DNA of 38,614 nucleotides from Candidatus Neoanaerotignum tabaqchaliae. GTDB taxonomy: Bacteria; Bacillota; Clostridia; Lachnospirales; Anaerotignaceae. The notes beneath the pieces were generated by a model. That model searched no databases and had not been told where the DNA came from. It saw nothing but the letters and a program-made list of their open reading frames with translations. The translations under genes and the position numbers were made by a program. The first letter of the stretch is position 1. Every line of letters begins with the position of its first letter. Of the stretch, positions 25,913 to 37,359 are shown in pieces. The stretch spans positions 1 to 38,614 of the forward strand of contig CAJFUS010000160.1 in assembly GCA_904420235.1 (NCBI GenBank). The letters run 5' to 3'.

Positions 25913-26968
25913 TTGAAAACCATAGTTTTAACCGGCGGAGGCACCGCAGGACACGTAACACCAAACTTAGCGCTTATTCCTGAACTTAAAAGCAAAGGCT
26001 TTAATGTTGTTTATATAGGCACTGAAAAAGGCATGGAAAGGGAGCTTGTTGAGAAAACAGGCATACCATATTATTATGTGTCAACGGGAAAGCTTAGAAG
26101 ATATATGTCAAAGGACAACTTTACCGATGTGTTTAAGGTGGCCAAAGGTATTATTGAGGCCAAAAAACTTATAAAAAAAATAAAACCGGACATAGTGTTT
26201 TCTAAAGGCGGTTTTGTGGCTGTGCCGGTTATACTGGGGGCTAAAATGAACGGCGTTACGGTTATAGCCCACGAGTCGGACATGACTCCGGGACTGGCCA
26301 ACAAAATAGCCATGCCTTTTGCTAAAAAGGTATGCGCCACATTTAAGGAAACGGCGGAGCTTATGGGCAAAAAGGGTATCTACACCGGAACGCCTATAAG
26401 AAAGGAGCTTTTTAACGGCAGCAAGGATAAGGGAATTGAAATATGCGGATTTAAAAACGACAAACCGGTTTTAATGATGATGGGCGGCAGTCTTGGGTCT
26501 CAAAAAATAAATGCTGTTTTAAGGGATATATTGCCGGAGCTTGTTAAAAAGTATAATGTGGCTCATATATGCGGAAAAGGCAATGTTGACGGCTCTATTA
26601 ATATAGACGGATACAAGCAGTTTGAGTATGTTTCAGAAGAACTTCCGCATATTATGGCGGCGGCCGATATGATTATATCACGTGCCGGCTCAAATTCCAT
26701 ATCCGAGTTTTTGGCTTTAAAAAAACCGGCCCTTTTAATACCTCTTTCGGCAAGAGCCAGCAGAGGCGACCAGATACTTAACGCCAAAAGTTTTCAGAAA
26801 CAGGGATATGCTCTTGTTCTTGACGAGGATGATATGAATGGAAAAACGCTTATGGAAAGCGTTGAAAAACTTTATAATTTACGGCCGAAGCTGATAGAAG
26901 CCATGAAAAAAAGCCCCGCCTCAAAGGGAACGGAAAATGTTCTTAAAGTAATACTTGAATATTCGTGA
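25913..26968 (+). CDS. murG: Undecaprenyldiphospho-muramoylpentapeptide GlcNAc transferase
   Basis: TGGGTAGHV, GKLRRY, KGGFV, HESD, GGSLGS, SRAG, GDQ..NA; TTG 25913 behind AGGAG. Confidence 0.95.
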   Translation: MKTIVLTGGGTAGHVTPNLALIPELKSKGFNVVYIGTEKGMERELVEKTGIPYYYVSTGKLRRYMSKDNFTDVFKVAKGIIEAKKLIKKIKPDIVFSKGGFVAVPVILGAKMNGVTVIAHESDMTPGLANKIAMPFAKKVCATFKETAELMGKKGIYTGTPIRKELFNGSKDKGIEICGFKNDKPVLMMMGGSLGSQKINAVLRDILPELVKKYNVAHICGKGNVDGSINIDGYKQFEYVSEELPHIMAAADMIISRAGSNSISEFLALKKPALLIPLSARASRGDQILNAKSFQKQGYALVLDEDDMNGKTLMESVEKLYNLRPKLIEAMKKSPASKGTENVLKVILEYS

Positions 26969-26975
26969 ATTTTAT

Positions 26976-27004
26976 TTGACAAAAGTGAGTTTAGAATTTA
27001 AAAT
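26976..27004 (+). promoter_or_regulatory. Sigma-A promoter for the cyclophilin gene
   Basis: TTGACA-N17-TAAAAT. Confidence 0.75.
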
Positions 27005-27105
27005 TTATCGAGTGATATATTAAGTTTTGATTATTGCTTTAGCAGGATTTAACTTTTTAACGGGGGTCCGATTTAGAGATATTTTAAGATTGGAGAGATG
27101 TTAAA

Positions 27106-27981
27106 ATGAAAAAAATTATATGTATGGCCATAGCGGGAGCTATGCTTCTTATGGGCTGCGGCTCAAGTTCGGCCGCTGAGGGAAGCTCATCGTCAGGAGC
27201 GTCTTCAGGTGCTTCATCTGATACTCAATCGTCTTCAAGCGCTTCACAAGAGGGCACTGCGCCTACAGAAGAGGAAATTCAGGCCCAGCAGGAGCTTGTT
27301 GATAAATGTTTTACAGAGGGAACATATTTCCCTCAGCTTGAGGCTCCTGAACAGGGCGAGGAAATAGCCGTACTTACAACAAATAAGGGCGTTATAAAAA
27401 TTAAGTTTTGCCCTGATGAGGCTCCAAACGCCGTTGAGAATTTTAAGACCCATGTTAATGACGGATATTACGACGGACTTATATTCCACAGGGTTATAGA
27501 CGGATTTATGATTCAAGGCGGCGACCCTAACGGAAACGGAACCGGAGGAGAAAGTATTTGGGGAGGAAAGTTTGACGACGAGCTTAGCGGCGACCTTTAC
27601 CATTTCAGAGGAGCTCTTGCCATGGCAAACAGCGGTCCTAATACAAACGGAAGCCAGTTTTATATAGTTCAGGCTCCTCAAATAGAGGATGGGTATTTTG
27701 ACTATGTAGATTCAATTATTGAACAGTACGGTCAAGGCCAGCTTCTTTATAACTCTCAAACAGGCCAGCTTGTTAGAACGAACTATTCTGAAGAGGCAAG
27801 AGCTAAATACAACGAGCTTGGCGGAACGCCGCACCTTGATTTTGGATATACAATATTCGGCCAGGTGTTTGAGGGCATGGACATTGTAGACGCTATAGCC
27901 GCCGTTGAAACTGATGACAACGATAAGCCAACAGAAGACATTATTATTGAAAAAGCTGAAATAGTACCTTATGAAGGCTGA
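27106..27981 (+). CDS. Cyclophilin-type peptidyl-prolyl cis-trans isomerase, lipoprotein
   Basis: Lipobox LMGC, Ser-rich linker, FHRVIDGFMIQGGDP, GALAMAN, NGSQF, TIFGQV. Confidence 0.95.
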   Translation: MKKIICMAIAGAMLLMGCGSSSAAEGSSSSGASSGASSDTQSSSSASQEGTAPTEEEIQAQQELVDKCFTEGTYFPQLEAPEQGEEIAVLTTNKGVIKIKFCPDEAPNAVENFKTHVNDGYYDGLIFHRVIDGFMIQGGDPNGNGTGGESIWGGKFDDELSGDLYHFRGALAMANSGPNTNGSQFYIVQAPQIEDGYFDYVDSIIEQYGQGQLLYNSQTGQLVRTNYSEEARAKYNELGGTPHLDFGYTIFGQVFEGMDIVDAIAAVETDDNDKPTEDIIIEKAEIVPYEG

Positions 27982-27992
27982 TTTAAAGCCGC

Positions 27993-28028
27993 GGGAACGC
28001 CGGATATTATGCCGGCGCTCCTCTTTTT
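27993..28028 (+). terminator. Intrinsic terminator after the cyclophilin gene
   Basis: GGA.CGCCGG-loop-CCGGCG.TCC followed by T-tract. Confidence 0.75.
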
Positions 28029-28041
28029 ATGTTAAATATTG

Positions 28042-29750
<1,709 letters not shown>

Positions 29751-29988
29751 AAAATTTACATCAGTTTTAAAAATATTTGAATTTTTATAGAAAAGAATAC
29801 AGTTTTAAATATCAAATGCTGATATTTTTATTAAAAAAACGGATAAAATAAAAAATAAAAGGCTTGATTTTTAAAGGTTTTATAAGAATTAAAATTAAAG
29901 AACAGCTTAATGTTAAATAAAATTTAATACATTCTTCCGCTTTTTGGTGTATTATTAAAATAAAACCCATTTGAACGGAGGGTGGCAA

Positions 29989-30468
29989 ATGATAAAAGAA
30001 GCCGTTGATATTAAAGGAAAAGATGACAATACAGAGCGTGTTCTTGTGTGTATAACAAGTCAAGCTAACTCTGAAAGGCTTATAGATATGGCCGCGGAAA
30101 CGGCGGACATGCTTAATGGAGAGCTTCACATTCTTCATGTGCAAAGAGGAGACAGTATATTTAATAACAGCGATACCCCAAGAATAATAAACGAGCTGTG
30201 TCAGTATGGTGGAAAAAAGGGCGGAAGCATACATTTTTATTGCGATGAGGATATAGCCGAGTGCATAGGAAAATTCGTTTTTGAGAAACATATAACAAGA
30301 ATAGTAATAGGTCAGCCGCCTAAATGCGACATAAACGACACAGAAGGGCTTAAGAATGCGGCCAATAAGGTTTTAAGGTGTGTTAGGGGCAATGTTGAGG
30401 TTATTGTTGTGCCTCGAAGCCAAACAGAAAAATGCGCGCATATTTGCCTTAAAACAGACTTCAATTAA
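29989..30468 (+). CDS. Stand-alone universal stress protein domain (KdpD-USP-like)
   Basis: ERVLVCIT...ERLI, LHILHV, ITRIVIG, VIVV; ATG 29989 behind GGAGG. Confidence 0.75.
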   Translation: MIKEAVDIKGKDDNTERVLVCITSQANSERLIDMAAETADMLNGELHILHVQRGDSIFNNSDTPRIINELCQYGGKKGGSIHFYCDEDIAECIGKFVFEKHITRIVIGQPPKCDINDTEGLKNAANKVLRCVRGNVEVIVVPRSQTEKCAHICLKTDFN

Positions 30469-30557
30469 GTTTTTGTTGCATAAAACACTAATATATTATA
30501 TTATTATTTTCAATGGAAAATATGATTATAACTTGTAGGCAAAAGGAGAGTAAAAAA

Positions 30558-31061
30558 ATGAGCAGTATTTATGAGCAGTGGCTTAATAAGGCTTTTAGTA
30601 AAGACGGAAGAAGCGTTGACGCGGTTTGGGACGTATACCTTCCAGCCGAGCAAAAGGTTTATGAATACATTCTTGAGAACAAGGTTACAAATTTAAGCGG
30701 AACAGTAACAGAGCTTGGCGAAAGGTTTAATATGTCGGCTGAGTATGTTATAGCTTTTGTTGACGGACTTAACGATATACTTCCGAAAAAATACGATGTA
30801 AGAAAGCTTGATGAAAACTCACAGATTAATCTTGATATTGATTTTGAGAAACTCTACAAAAAAATGGTAGAATATAGGGCGGACCACCTTTATACCCTTC
30901 CTCAGTGGAACAACATATTTGACGAGACAAAGCAAAAGGCGCTTTTTGCTGAGCAGAGAAATAGCCGCACAGTTGTTAAAGGCAAAAAAATAGGCAGAAA
31001 CGACCCATGTCCATGTGGAAGCGGAAAGAAATATAAACACTGCTGTGGTGCTAATTTATGA
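30558..31061 (+). CDS. SEC-C metal-binding domain protein
   Basis: C-terminal [20 protein letters not shown]; ATG 30558 behind AAGGAG. Confidence 0.9.
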   Translation: MSSIYEQWLNKAFSKDGRSVDAVWDVYLPAEQKVYEYILENKVTNLSGTVTELGERFNMSAEYVIAFVDGLNDILPKKYDVRKLDENSQINLDIDFEKLYKKMVEYRADHLYTLPQWNNIFDETKQKALFAEQRNSRTVVKGKKIGRNDPCPCGSGKKYKHCCGANL

Positions 31062-32104
31062 TAACCATTTTTGAGAAAATTGACAGCAACAATATAAATA
31101 TGGATTTAATTGAAAAAGCCGCGGGAATACTTCGTAAGGGAGGTCTTGTGGCTTTTCCTACAGAAACGGTTTATGGACTTGGCGCCGATGGACTTAACGC
31201 TTCGGCGTGTAAAAAAATATACGAGGCAAAGGGAAGACCTTCCGATAACCCTCTTATACTGCACATAGGGAACATAAGTCAGCTTAAAGACATAGTGTGC
31301 GATATTCCAGAATGCGCCGTTAAAATAATTGACAGGTTTTGGCCAGGACCCGTTACACTTGTTTTCAGAAAAAAGTCAATCGTTCCGGACTCCGTTTCGG
31401 GGGGACTTAATACTGTTGCCGTAAGATTTCCGTCAAATCCTGTGGCAAGGGCTATTATAAACGCCGCAAAAACTCCTGTGGCGGCGCCCAGCGCCAACAC
31501 GTCCGGAAAACCGTCTCCAACAAGAGCAAAGCATGTGCTTCACGACATGGACGGAAAAATAGACATGATTATTGACGGTGGAAGCTGTGAGGTTGGCCTT
31601 GAGTCTACAATAGTTGATGTTACGGGAAAGAAGCCGGTTATTTTGCGCCCAGGAGGCATAACAAAGGAAATGCTTGAAGAAGTTGTTGGAGCTATTGATA
31701 TTGACCCTGCTGTTTACAAGGCTCTTTCAGCGGGAGAAAAACCAAAAGCCCCTGGAATGAAATATACTCACTATTCTCCCGATGCGGAGGTATTTCTTGT
31801 TAAGGGCGAAAAAAGCAATGTGGCGGAAAAAATAAATCAGCTTGTGAAACAAGATATGGAAAACGGCCTTAAAACAGGTGTTATGTGCCTTAACAGTAAT
31901 GCAGGCCTTTACAAAGCCGATATGGTTGTTGGAGTTGGAAAAAATATGAGGCAGGCGGGAAAAGCACTTTTTGACATATTGCGAGACTTTGACGAAAACA
32001 AAGTTAATAAGGTTTATTCCGAGGTTTTTGAGGAAACCGGAGAGGGAATGGCTGTTATGAACAGATTAAAAAAAGCCGCCGGATATAAGCTTATAGAGGC
32101 TTAA
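31058..32104 (+). CDS. sua5: L-threonylcarbamoyladenylate synthase (Sua5/TsaC2)
   Basis: [34 protein letters not shown] linker plus SUA5 domain. Confidence 0.95.
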   Translation: MITIFEKIDSNNINMDLIEKAAGILRKGGLVAFPTETVYGLGADGLNASACKKIYEAKGRPSDNPLILHIGNISQLKDIVCDIPECAVKIIDRFWPGPVTLVFRKKSIVPDSVSGGLNTVAVRFPSNPVARAIINAAKTPVAAPSANTSGKPSPTRAKHVLHDMDGKIDMIIDGGSCEVGLESTIVDVTGKKPVILRPGGITKEMLEEVVGAIDIDPAVYKALSAGEKPKAPGMKYTHYSPDAEVFLVKGEKSNVAEKINQLVKQDMENGLKTGVMCLNSNAGLYKADMVVGVGKNMRQAGKALFDILRDFDENKVNKVYSEVFEETGEGMAVMNRLKKAAGYKLIEA

Positions 32105-32190
32105 AAAGTTGTTTTTGTTGATATTGCGTAAAAAAAATGTTATATTTTAATTACACTTGATATATATGGCTTTATGGAAAGGGGAATATT

Positions 32191-32619
32191 ATGATTGCTT
32201 TGGGCTGCGACCATGGCGGATACCCGCTTATGAAGGAAATTATAAAATATCTTGACAGTGAGAAAATTGAGTATAAAAATTTTGGTACATATTCAGAGGA
32301 AAGCTGTGATTATCCTGTTTACGCCAAGGCTGCTGCCAATGCTGTAGCAAAAGGAGAATGTGAAAAGGGCATACTTATATGCGGAACGGGCATAGGCATA
32401 TCAATTACGGCCAACAAAATAAAGGGCATAAGGTGCGCTTTGTGCCACGACTGCTTTTCGGCAAAGGCCACAAGAGAGCATAACGACGCCAATATGCTGG
32501 CAATGGGCGCACGTGTTATAGGCCCTGGGCTTGCTGTTGAGATTGTTAAAAATTTTCTTAATACGGATTTTTCAAATGACGAAAGGCATATAAGGCGAAT
32601 TAAACAAATAGAGGGTTAG
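32191..32619 (+). CDS. rpiB: Ribose-5-phosphate isomerase B
   Basis: DHGG, DYP, CGTGIG, HNDAN, RH.RR. Confidence 0.96.
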   Translation: MIALGCDHGGYPLMKEIIKYLDSEKIEYKNFGTYSEESCDYPVYAKAAANAVAKGECEKGILICGTGIGISITANKIKGIRCALCHDCFSAKATREHNDANMLAMGARVIGPGLAVEIVKNFLNTDFSNDERHIRRIKQIEG

Positions 32620-32630
32620 GGGGCGTTAAA

Positions 32631-33257
32631 ATGGGAAAACTATTTATATCTGAGCATCCGCTTATACAGCACAAAATGGCTATGTTAAGGGATAAAAACA
32701 CAACCACTAAAGAATTTAAAGAGCTTATAACCGAAATTACGATGCTTCTTACCTATGAGGCTACAAGAGACCTGCCACTTGAGGATTTTGAGGTTGAAAC
32801 GCCCATAGCCACTGCTAAGTGTAGGCGGGTCGCCAAAGAAATTGTTGTTGTTCCAATATTGCGCGCAGGAATAGGCATGGTTGACGGGGTTCACAGCCTT
32901 CTGCCGGCCGCTAAAGTTGGACATATAGGTATTTACAGGGACCCGGACACATTAATGCCCGTTGAGTATTACTGCAAGGTTCCAAAAGATATGGAAAAGG
33001 CAAAAGTGCTTCTTGTTGACCCAATGCTTGCTACCGGCGGAACAGCAAAGGCATCAATAGAGTTTCTTAAGGAAAGAGGCGCTGACGAGATAACGCTTAT
33101 ATCAATAATAGCGGCTCCTCAGGGAGTGAAAACTGTTCAGCAGGCCTTTAATGATGTTGACATATACACGGCGGCTTATGACAGCGCTCTTAATGAGCAT
33201 GGATATATAGTTCCTGGGCTTGGCGATGCCGGCGACAGAATGTTTGGAACCAAATAA
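32631..33257 (+). CDS. upp: Uracil phosphoribosyltransferase
   Basis: [25 protein letters not shown]. Confidence 0.97.
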   Translation: MGKLFISEHPLIQHKMAMLRDKNTTTKEFKELITEITMLLTYEATRDLPLEDFEVETPIATAKCRRVAKEIVVVPILRAGIGMVDGVHSLLPAAKVGHIGIYRDPDTLMPVEYYCKVPKDMEKAKVLLVDPMLATGGTAKASIEFLKERGADEITLISIIAAPQGVKTVQQAFNDVDIYTAAYDSALNEHGYIVPGLGDAGDRMFGTK

Positions 33258-33274
33258 TTTAGGAGAGGTTACAC

Positions 33275-34312
33275 TTGGAACACGATTGGGTTTTATATAT
33301 TGCGGCTTTTTCCACCGCGTTTGCAATATCAAACGTAATGACTCCCGTGGCGAAGAAAATATCTTTAAAGCTGGGCGCAATAGATATGCCGAAGGCAAGA
33401 GGAATGCACAAAAAGCCAATGCCAAGAATGGGCGGTATAGCTATTGTGGCAGGCTTTACGCTTACGGTTCTTTTGCTTTATAATTTTACGGAATACAGCG
33501 ATATGCATAAGCTTACGGGATATTTTATAGGCGCAGCCATGATAGTTGTGTTGGGAATGGTTGACGATGTTAAAAACCTTCCGGCTAAGTTTAAGTTTGC
33601 GGTTCAAATTTTGGCGGCGCTTGTGGCAGTGGCCTTTGGCATACGGATACATATTGTTATGTGGCCGGTTACGTACGCTCTGCTTAAATTGAGCATTCCA
33701 ATAACCGTTATATGGATAGTAGGCCTTACAAATGCCGTTAATCTTATAGACGGCCTTGACGGCTTGGCAACGGGAGTTTCATCAATAGCCGCTATATGTA
33801 TAATGGTTTTGTGCATACTTACAGGCGATGAGACATCTGTTGTGCTTACGGCCGCGTTAGCCGGTTCGTGCCTTGGATTTTTGCCGAGAAATTTTAATCC
33901 GGCAGAGATATTTATGGGAGATACTGGAGCTACATTTTTAGGTTATACCCTTGCAGTTACAAGTATACTTGGAGTGTTTAAGGGATATGCTATGATTGCT
34001 CTTATGGTTTCGGTGCTGGCGGTTGGATTTCCTATATTCGATACGCTTTTTGCCATGACAAGAAGGGCGGCAAGGCATCAGCCTATTATGCAGGCTGACA
34101 GAGGCCACCTTCACCATAAATTAATAGACAGGGGATTTTCTCAAAAACAGGCTGTAATGATACTTTATGGCATAAGTGCTGTGTGCGCCGCCATAGCTAT
34201 ATTTATAGCTCTTAAAGATGCTAAAACCCTTGTTGTAATATTGTTTACCGTTATTGTTCTGGGACTTTTGGTGTATTTTGTAAACCACAGGTGGATGAAC
34301 AAGGGGGAATAA
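33275..34312 (+). CDS. tagO: Undecaprenyl-phosphate GlcNAc-1-phosphate transferase (TagO/WecA, MraY family)
   Basis: PRMGG, GMVDD, NAVNLIDGLDGL, FMGDTG, DRGHLHH; TTG start behind AGGAGAGG. Confidence 0.88.
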   Translation: MEHDWVLYIAAFSTAFAISNVMTPVAKKISLKLGAIDMPKARGMHKKPMPRMGGIAIVAGFTLTVLLLYNFTEYSDMHKLTGYFIGAAMIVVLGMVDDVKNLPAKFKFAVQILAALVAVAFGIRIHIVMWPVTYALLKLSIPITVIWIVGLTNAVNLIDGLDGLATGVSSIAAICIMVLCILTGDETSVVLTAALAGSCLGFLPRNFNPAEIFMGDTGATFLGYTLAVTSILGVFKGYAMIALMVSVLAVGFPIFDTLFAMTRRAARHQPIMQADRGHLHHKLIDRGFSQKQAVMILYGISAVCAAIAIFIALKDAKTLVVILFTVIVLGLLVYFVNHRWMNKGE

Positions 34313-34334
34313 ATAAAATTAAGGAGGTATTTTT

Positions 34335-34874
34335 ATGGAACTTAAAGGCTCAAAAACTGAAAAAAACCTTATGGCGGCTTTTGCCGGTGAATCTCAGGCA
34401 AGGAATAAGTACACATACTATGCCAGCAAGGCTAAAAAGGACGGCTATGAGCAAATAGCGGAGTTGTTCCTGGAAACGGCCAACAACGAAAAAGAACACG
34501 CCAAAATATGGTTTAAGCTTCTTTGCGGCGGAGATATACCCGACACAGCCACAAACCTTCAGGACGCGGCTAACGGAGAAAACTACGAGTGGACAGACAT
34601 GTATAAAAAAATGGCCGAGGAAGCTAAGGAAGAGGGATTTGACCATATAGCCTTCCTTTTTGAGAAAGTTGGAGATATAGAAAGAGAGCATGAGAAAAGA
34701 TACCTTAAGCTTCTTTCAAACATTAAAGAAGGCATTGTTTTCTCAAGAGACGGAGACCAGATTTGGCAGTGCGCTAACTGTGGACATATTGTTATAGGTA
34801 AAAAAGCCCCTGACGTATGCCCTGTATGTGCTCACCCTAAGGCATTCTTCGCCATTAAAGCTGAAAATTATTGA
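34335..34874 (+). CDS. rbr: Rubrerythrin
   Basis: AFAGESQARNKY, EKEH, EREH, CANC...CPVC rubredoxin domain. Confidence 0.96.
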   Translation: MELKGSKTEKNLMAAFAGESQARNKYTYYASKAKKDGYEQIAELFLETANNEKEHAKIWFKLLCGGDIPDTATNLQDAANGENYEWTDMYKKMAEEAKEEGFDHIAFLFEKVGDIEREHEKRYLKLLSNIKEGIVFSRDGDQIWQCANCGHIVIGKKAPDVCPVCAHPKAFFAIKAENY

Positions 34875-34883
34875 TATAGCTAT

Positions 34884-34911
34884 AAAGCCGCGGTTTATAC
34901 CGCGGCTTTTT
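34884..34911 (+). terminator. Intrinsic terminator after rubrerythrin
   Basis: AAAGCCGCGGT/ACCGCGGCTTT stem plus T-tract. Confidence 0.9.
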
Positions 34912-34948
34912 GTATAATAAAAACATGTTTTAATGTGCGGCTTAAAAT

Positions 34949-35107
34949 ACTTTATGGCAGTAAATGGCATAAAAATATGATTGACTGTATTTTTTATCTT
35001 TATTATGTTTTTTAGAGAAGTTTAAGGCTTGCTGGTTTGGGGAATAAGAACTTTATGGCAGGCTTTTATGCTGAATACAATTTTACAATAGGCAGGCCTT
35101 TATGGTA
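34949..35107. repeat. Dispersed short direct repeats upstream of the DnaD-domain gene
   Basis: ACTTTATGGCAG at 34949 and 35050; GGCAGGCYTTTATG at 35057 and 35091. Confidence 0.55.
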
Positions 35108-35177
35108 AAATTATATTGTAAGCTGTTATTTTTGATTTTGCCCTTAAGCGGTGTTTTTAGTTTTGGAGGACTTTTTA

Positions 35178-36233
35178 ATGAATGGGTCTTTTAATGAGAA
35201 TTTTGTGCCGGTAAGCTGTGATTTTATAGAGAATCTTATGCCAAATGCTCCGGCTTTATATACGGTTGTATATCTGTGCGCCCTTAAAGCCGGAAGCGGT
35301 GTTTTGGCGGAGGATATAGCGCGCAGGCTTAATATATCATCTGTTGACGTATTATCAGCAGCTATGTATTGGCAGGACAGACATGTTTTAAATGTGACTA
35401 ATGGGGCTGTTTATTTTGATGATAATGGGGCGGACCCCAAAAGCGCAGGCTCAAACAGTACGTCAAAAAATGTTAAAAAACATGTTGTTTGTGACGTGAG
35501 GCCGGAATACCAGCCGGAGGAGCTTAATATGTACGCCGATAAAAATGCTGACGTGCGGCGGCTTTTTAACATGGCTCAAGAAAAGCTTGGGAAAATGCTT
35601 ACTCACAACGACCTTTCTGCGGTGTTTTCGTTTTATCATTGGCTTGGCATGAGCCTTGATGTTATAGAAATGTTGTTTGACTACTGTGTGTCAAACGGAC
35701 ACAGAAACATGCGATACATAGAGCGGGTAGCCATAGACTGGTGCGAAAGCGGCATAAACACTGTTGAGGGAGTTAAAGACAGAATATATACATATAATAC
35801 CGTATACAGAAAAATAATGAGGGCTTTTGGTCAAAACGCAAGGGAGCCTGTATCGGAAGAAATAAATTATATGGATAAATGGGTTTTTCAGCTTAAAATG
35901 CCGGAGGAGCTTATACTTCTTGCCTGCTCAAAAACAGTTATAAATACCGGAAGAGCCGCCTTTGGCTATGCTAACAGCATAATAGAGTCTTGGAACAAGT
36001 CTGGATATAAATCGAAAGAAGACGTTGAAGCCGGTGAAAAGGCTTTTGCCGAGGCTAAAAAGGCCGGAAAAGTAAGTCAGGACATTAAAACAAACGGAAC
36101 GCCAAATGATGAAAAAGACTCAAAAAATAAACAAAGCAAAAATAAATTCATTAATTATAGCCAAAGAACATATAATTATGCCGAACTTGAACGGCTTCAA
36201 AGGGAAAGATTTAAAATGGGAGGCGAAATATAA
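35178..36233 (+). CDS. DnaD/DnaB-domain replication protein (two DnaD-like domains)
   Basis: YIERVAIDW and YANSIIESW DnaD-type motifs; precedes helicase-loader ATPase; ATG 35178 behind GGAGG. Confidence 0.85.
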   Translation: MNGSFNENFVPVSCDFIENLMPNAPALYTVVYLCALKAGSGVLAEDIARRLNISSVDVLSAAMYWQDRHVLNVTNGAVYFDDNGADPKSAGSNSTSKNVKKHVVCDVRPEYQPEELNMYADKNADVRRLFNMAQEKLGKMLTHNDLSAVFSFYHWLGMSLDVIEMLFDYCVSNGHRNMRYIERVAIDWCESGINTVEGVKDRIYTYNTVYRKIMRAFGQNAREPVSEEINYMDKWVFQLKMPEELILLACSKTVINTGRAAFGYANSIIESWNKSGYKSKEDVEAGEKAFAEAKKAGKVSQDIKTNGTPNDEKDSKNKQSKNKFINYSQRTYNYAELERLQRERFKMGGEI

Positions 36234-37241
36234 TTGTTAAGCAGAAGCGATATATACAGACAGGCCATAAGATATTTTGACTCCATTCAGGCGGAGTCGG
36301 CTTCAAAGCTTATGGACAGACGGAAAAAGTTATATTTGGCTGTTCCGGAAATAGAGGCCATAGACAATGAAATATCAATGGTTGGAATAAAAACGGCACA
36401 GGCGGCTATGAAAAGCCCTGATGAGGCCAAAGAAGCCGCCATTGCTTTAAAAGAACGCCTTGATGGCCTTAACGTGAAAAAGAGAGAGCTTATGGCTAAA
36501 GCTGGATTTCCAAGAGATTACCTTAAACCTGTTTATAAATGTGATAAATGCCGCGATACCGGATTTATAGACGGAAGGCAGTGCTCCTGCTTTACCCAAA
36601 AAATAGTGGAGATGGCCTATGACGGCTCAAATATGCGGGAAATTACAAAATATGAAAATTTCGACAGCTTTAATATAAATTTTTATAGCGAGAACCAAAT
36701 GGCCGGTGAAAATATGTCTCCAAGGGAAAATATGCAGAGGATACTTGCCGTATGTCTTGAGTTTACCAAAAACTTTAGCAAAAAAACATGCAACCTTATG
36801 TTTTACGGACCGTCAGGTCTTGGCAAAACGTTCCTTTGCAGCTGCATTGCCCGTGAACTGCTTGATAAGGGATATACAGTGCTTTACGCAACATCGCCTC
36901 AGCTTTTTAAGGCCATTGAGAAAGAAAGATTCTCAAGAACCGATGAAAATGAGGACAGACGCACAATAAACGACGATATTCAAGCCGTCGATTTGCTTAT
37001 AATAGACGATTTGGGAACAGAGCTTAATACATCTTTTACATCATCGGAGCTTTTTGACATACTTAACACAAGACTTATAGCTTCAAAACCGGTAATAATA
37101 TCAACAAACCTGCTGTTTGAGGAAATTCAAGAACGTTATTCCGAAAGAATAACGTCAAGAATTATGGGAGATTACAAGCCACTCAAATTTTACGGAGAGG
37201 ATATAAGAATAATGAAAAGCTTCGGAGGATTTATAAAATAA
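36234..37241 (+). CDS. DnaC/DnaI-like helicase-loader AAA+ ATPase
   Basis: CxxCxDTG...CxC zinc site, Walker A GPSGLGKT, Walker B LLIIDDLGTE, STN, RITSR. Confidence 0.88.
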   Translation: MLSRSDIYRQAIRYFDSIQAESASKLMDRRKKLYLAVPEIEAIDNEISMVGIKTAQAAMKSPDEAKEAAIALKERLDGLNVKKRELMAKAGFPRDYLKPVYKCDKCRDTGFIDGRQCSCFTQKIVEMAYDGSNMREITKYENFDSFNINFYSENQMAGENMSPRENMQRILAVCLEFTKNFSKKTCNLMFYGPSGLGKTFLCSCIARELLDKGYTVLYATSPQLFKAIEKERFSRTDENEDRRTINDDIQAVDLLIIDDLGTELNTSFTSSELFDILNTRLIASKPVIISTNLLFEEIQERYSERITSRIMGDYKPLKFYGEDIRIMKSFGGFIK

Positions 37242-37242
37242 A

Positions 37243-37265
37243 AAATCCGCTCTCGGGCGGTATTT
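37243..37265 (+). terminator. Weak terminator-like hairpin after the DnaC-like gene
   Basis: AAATCCGCT-CTCG-GGCGG-TATTT. Confidence 0.45.
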
Positions 37266-37322
37266 GTCAGGTGAAAATTATAAATTATTATGAGTGTAAT
37301 GGGTTTTAAAATAGGCGTGATT

Positions 37323-37356
37323 AAAACGTATTCCGACTTAAACGGAATACGTTTTT
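37323..37356. terminator. Bidirectional intrinsic terminator
   Basis: Perfect 13-bp inverted repeat AAAACGTATTCCG/CGGAATACGTTTT between convergent genes. Confidence 0.88.
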
Positions 37357-37359
37357 GAT

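Noticed and set aside
29751-29970. AT-rich intergenic region as an ncRNA, and the 29812-30291 antisense ORF
   Set aside because: No stable structure or recognisable RNA motif; the ORF is antisense to the USP gene
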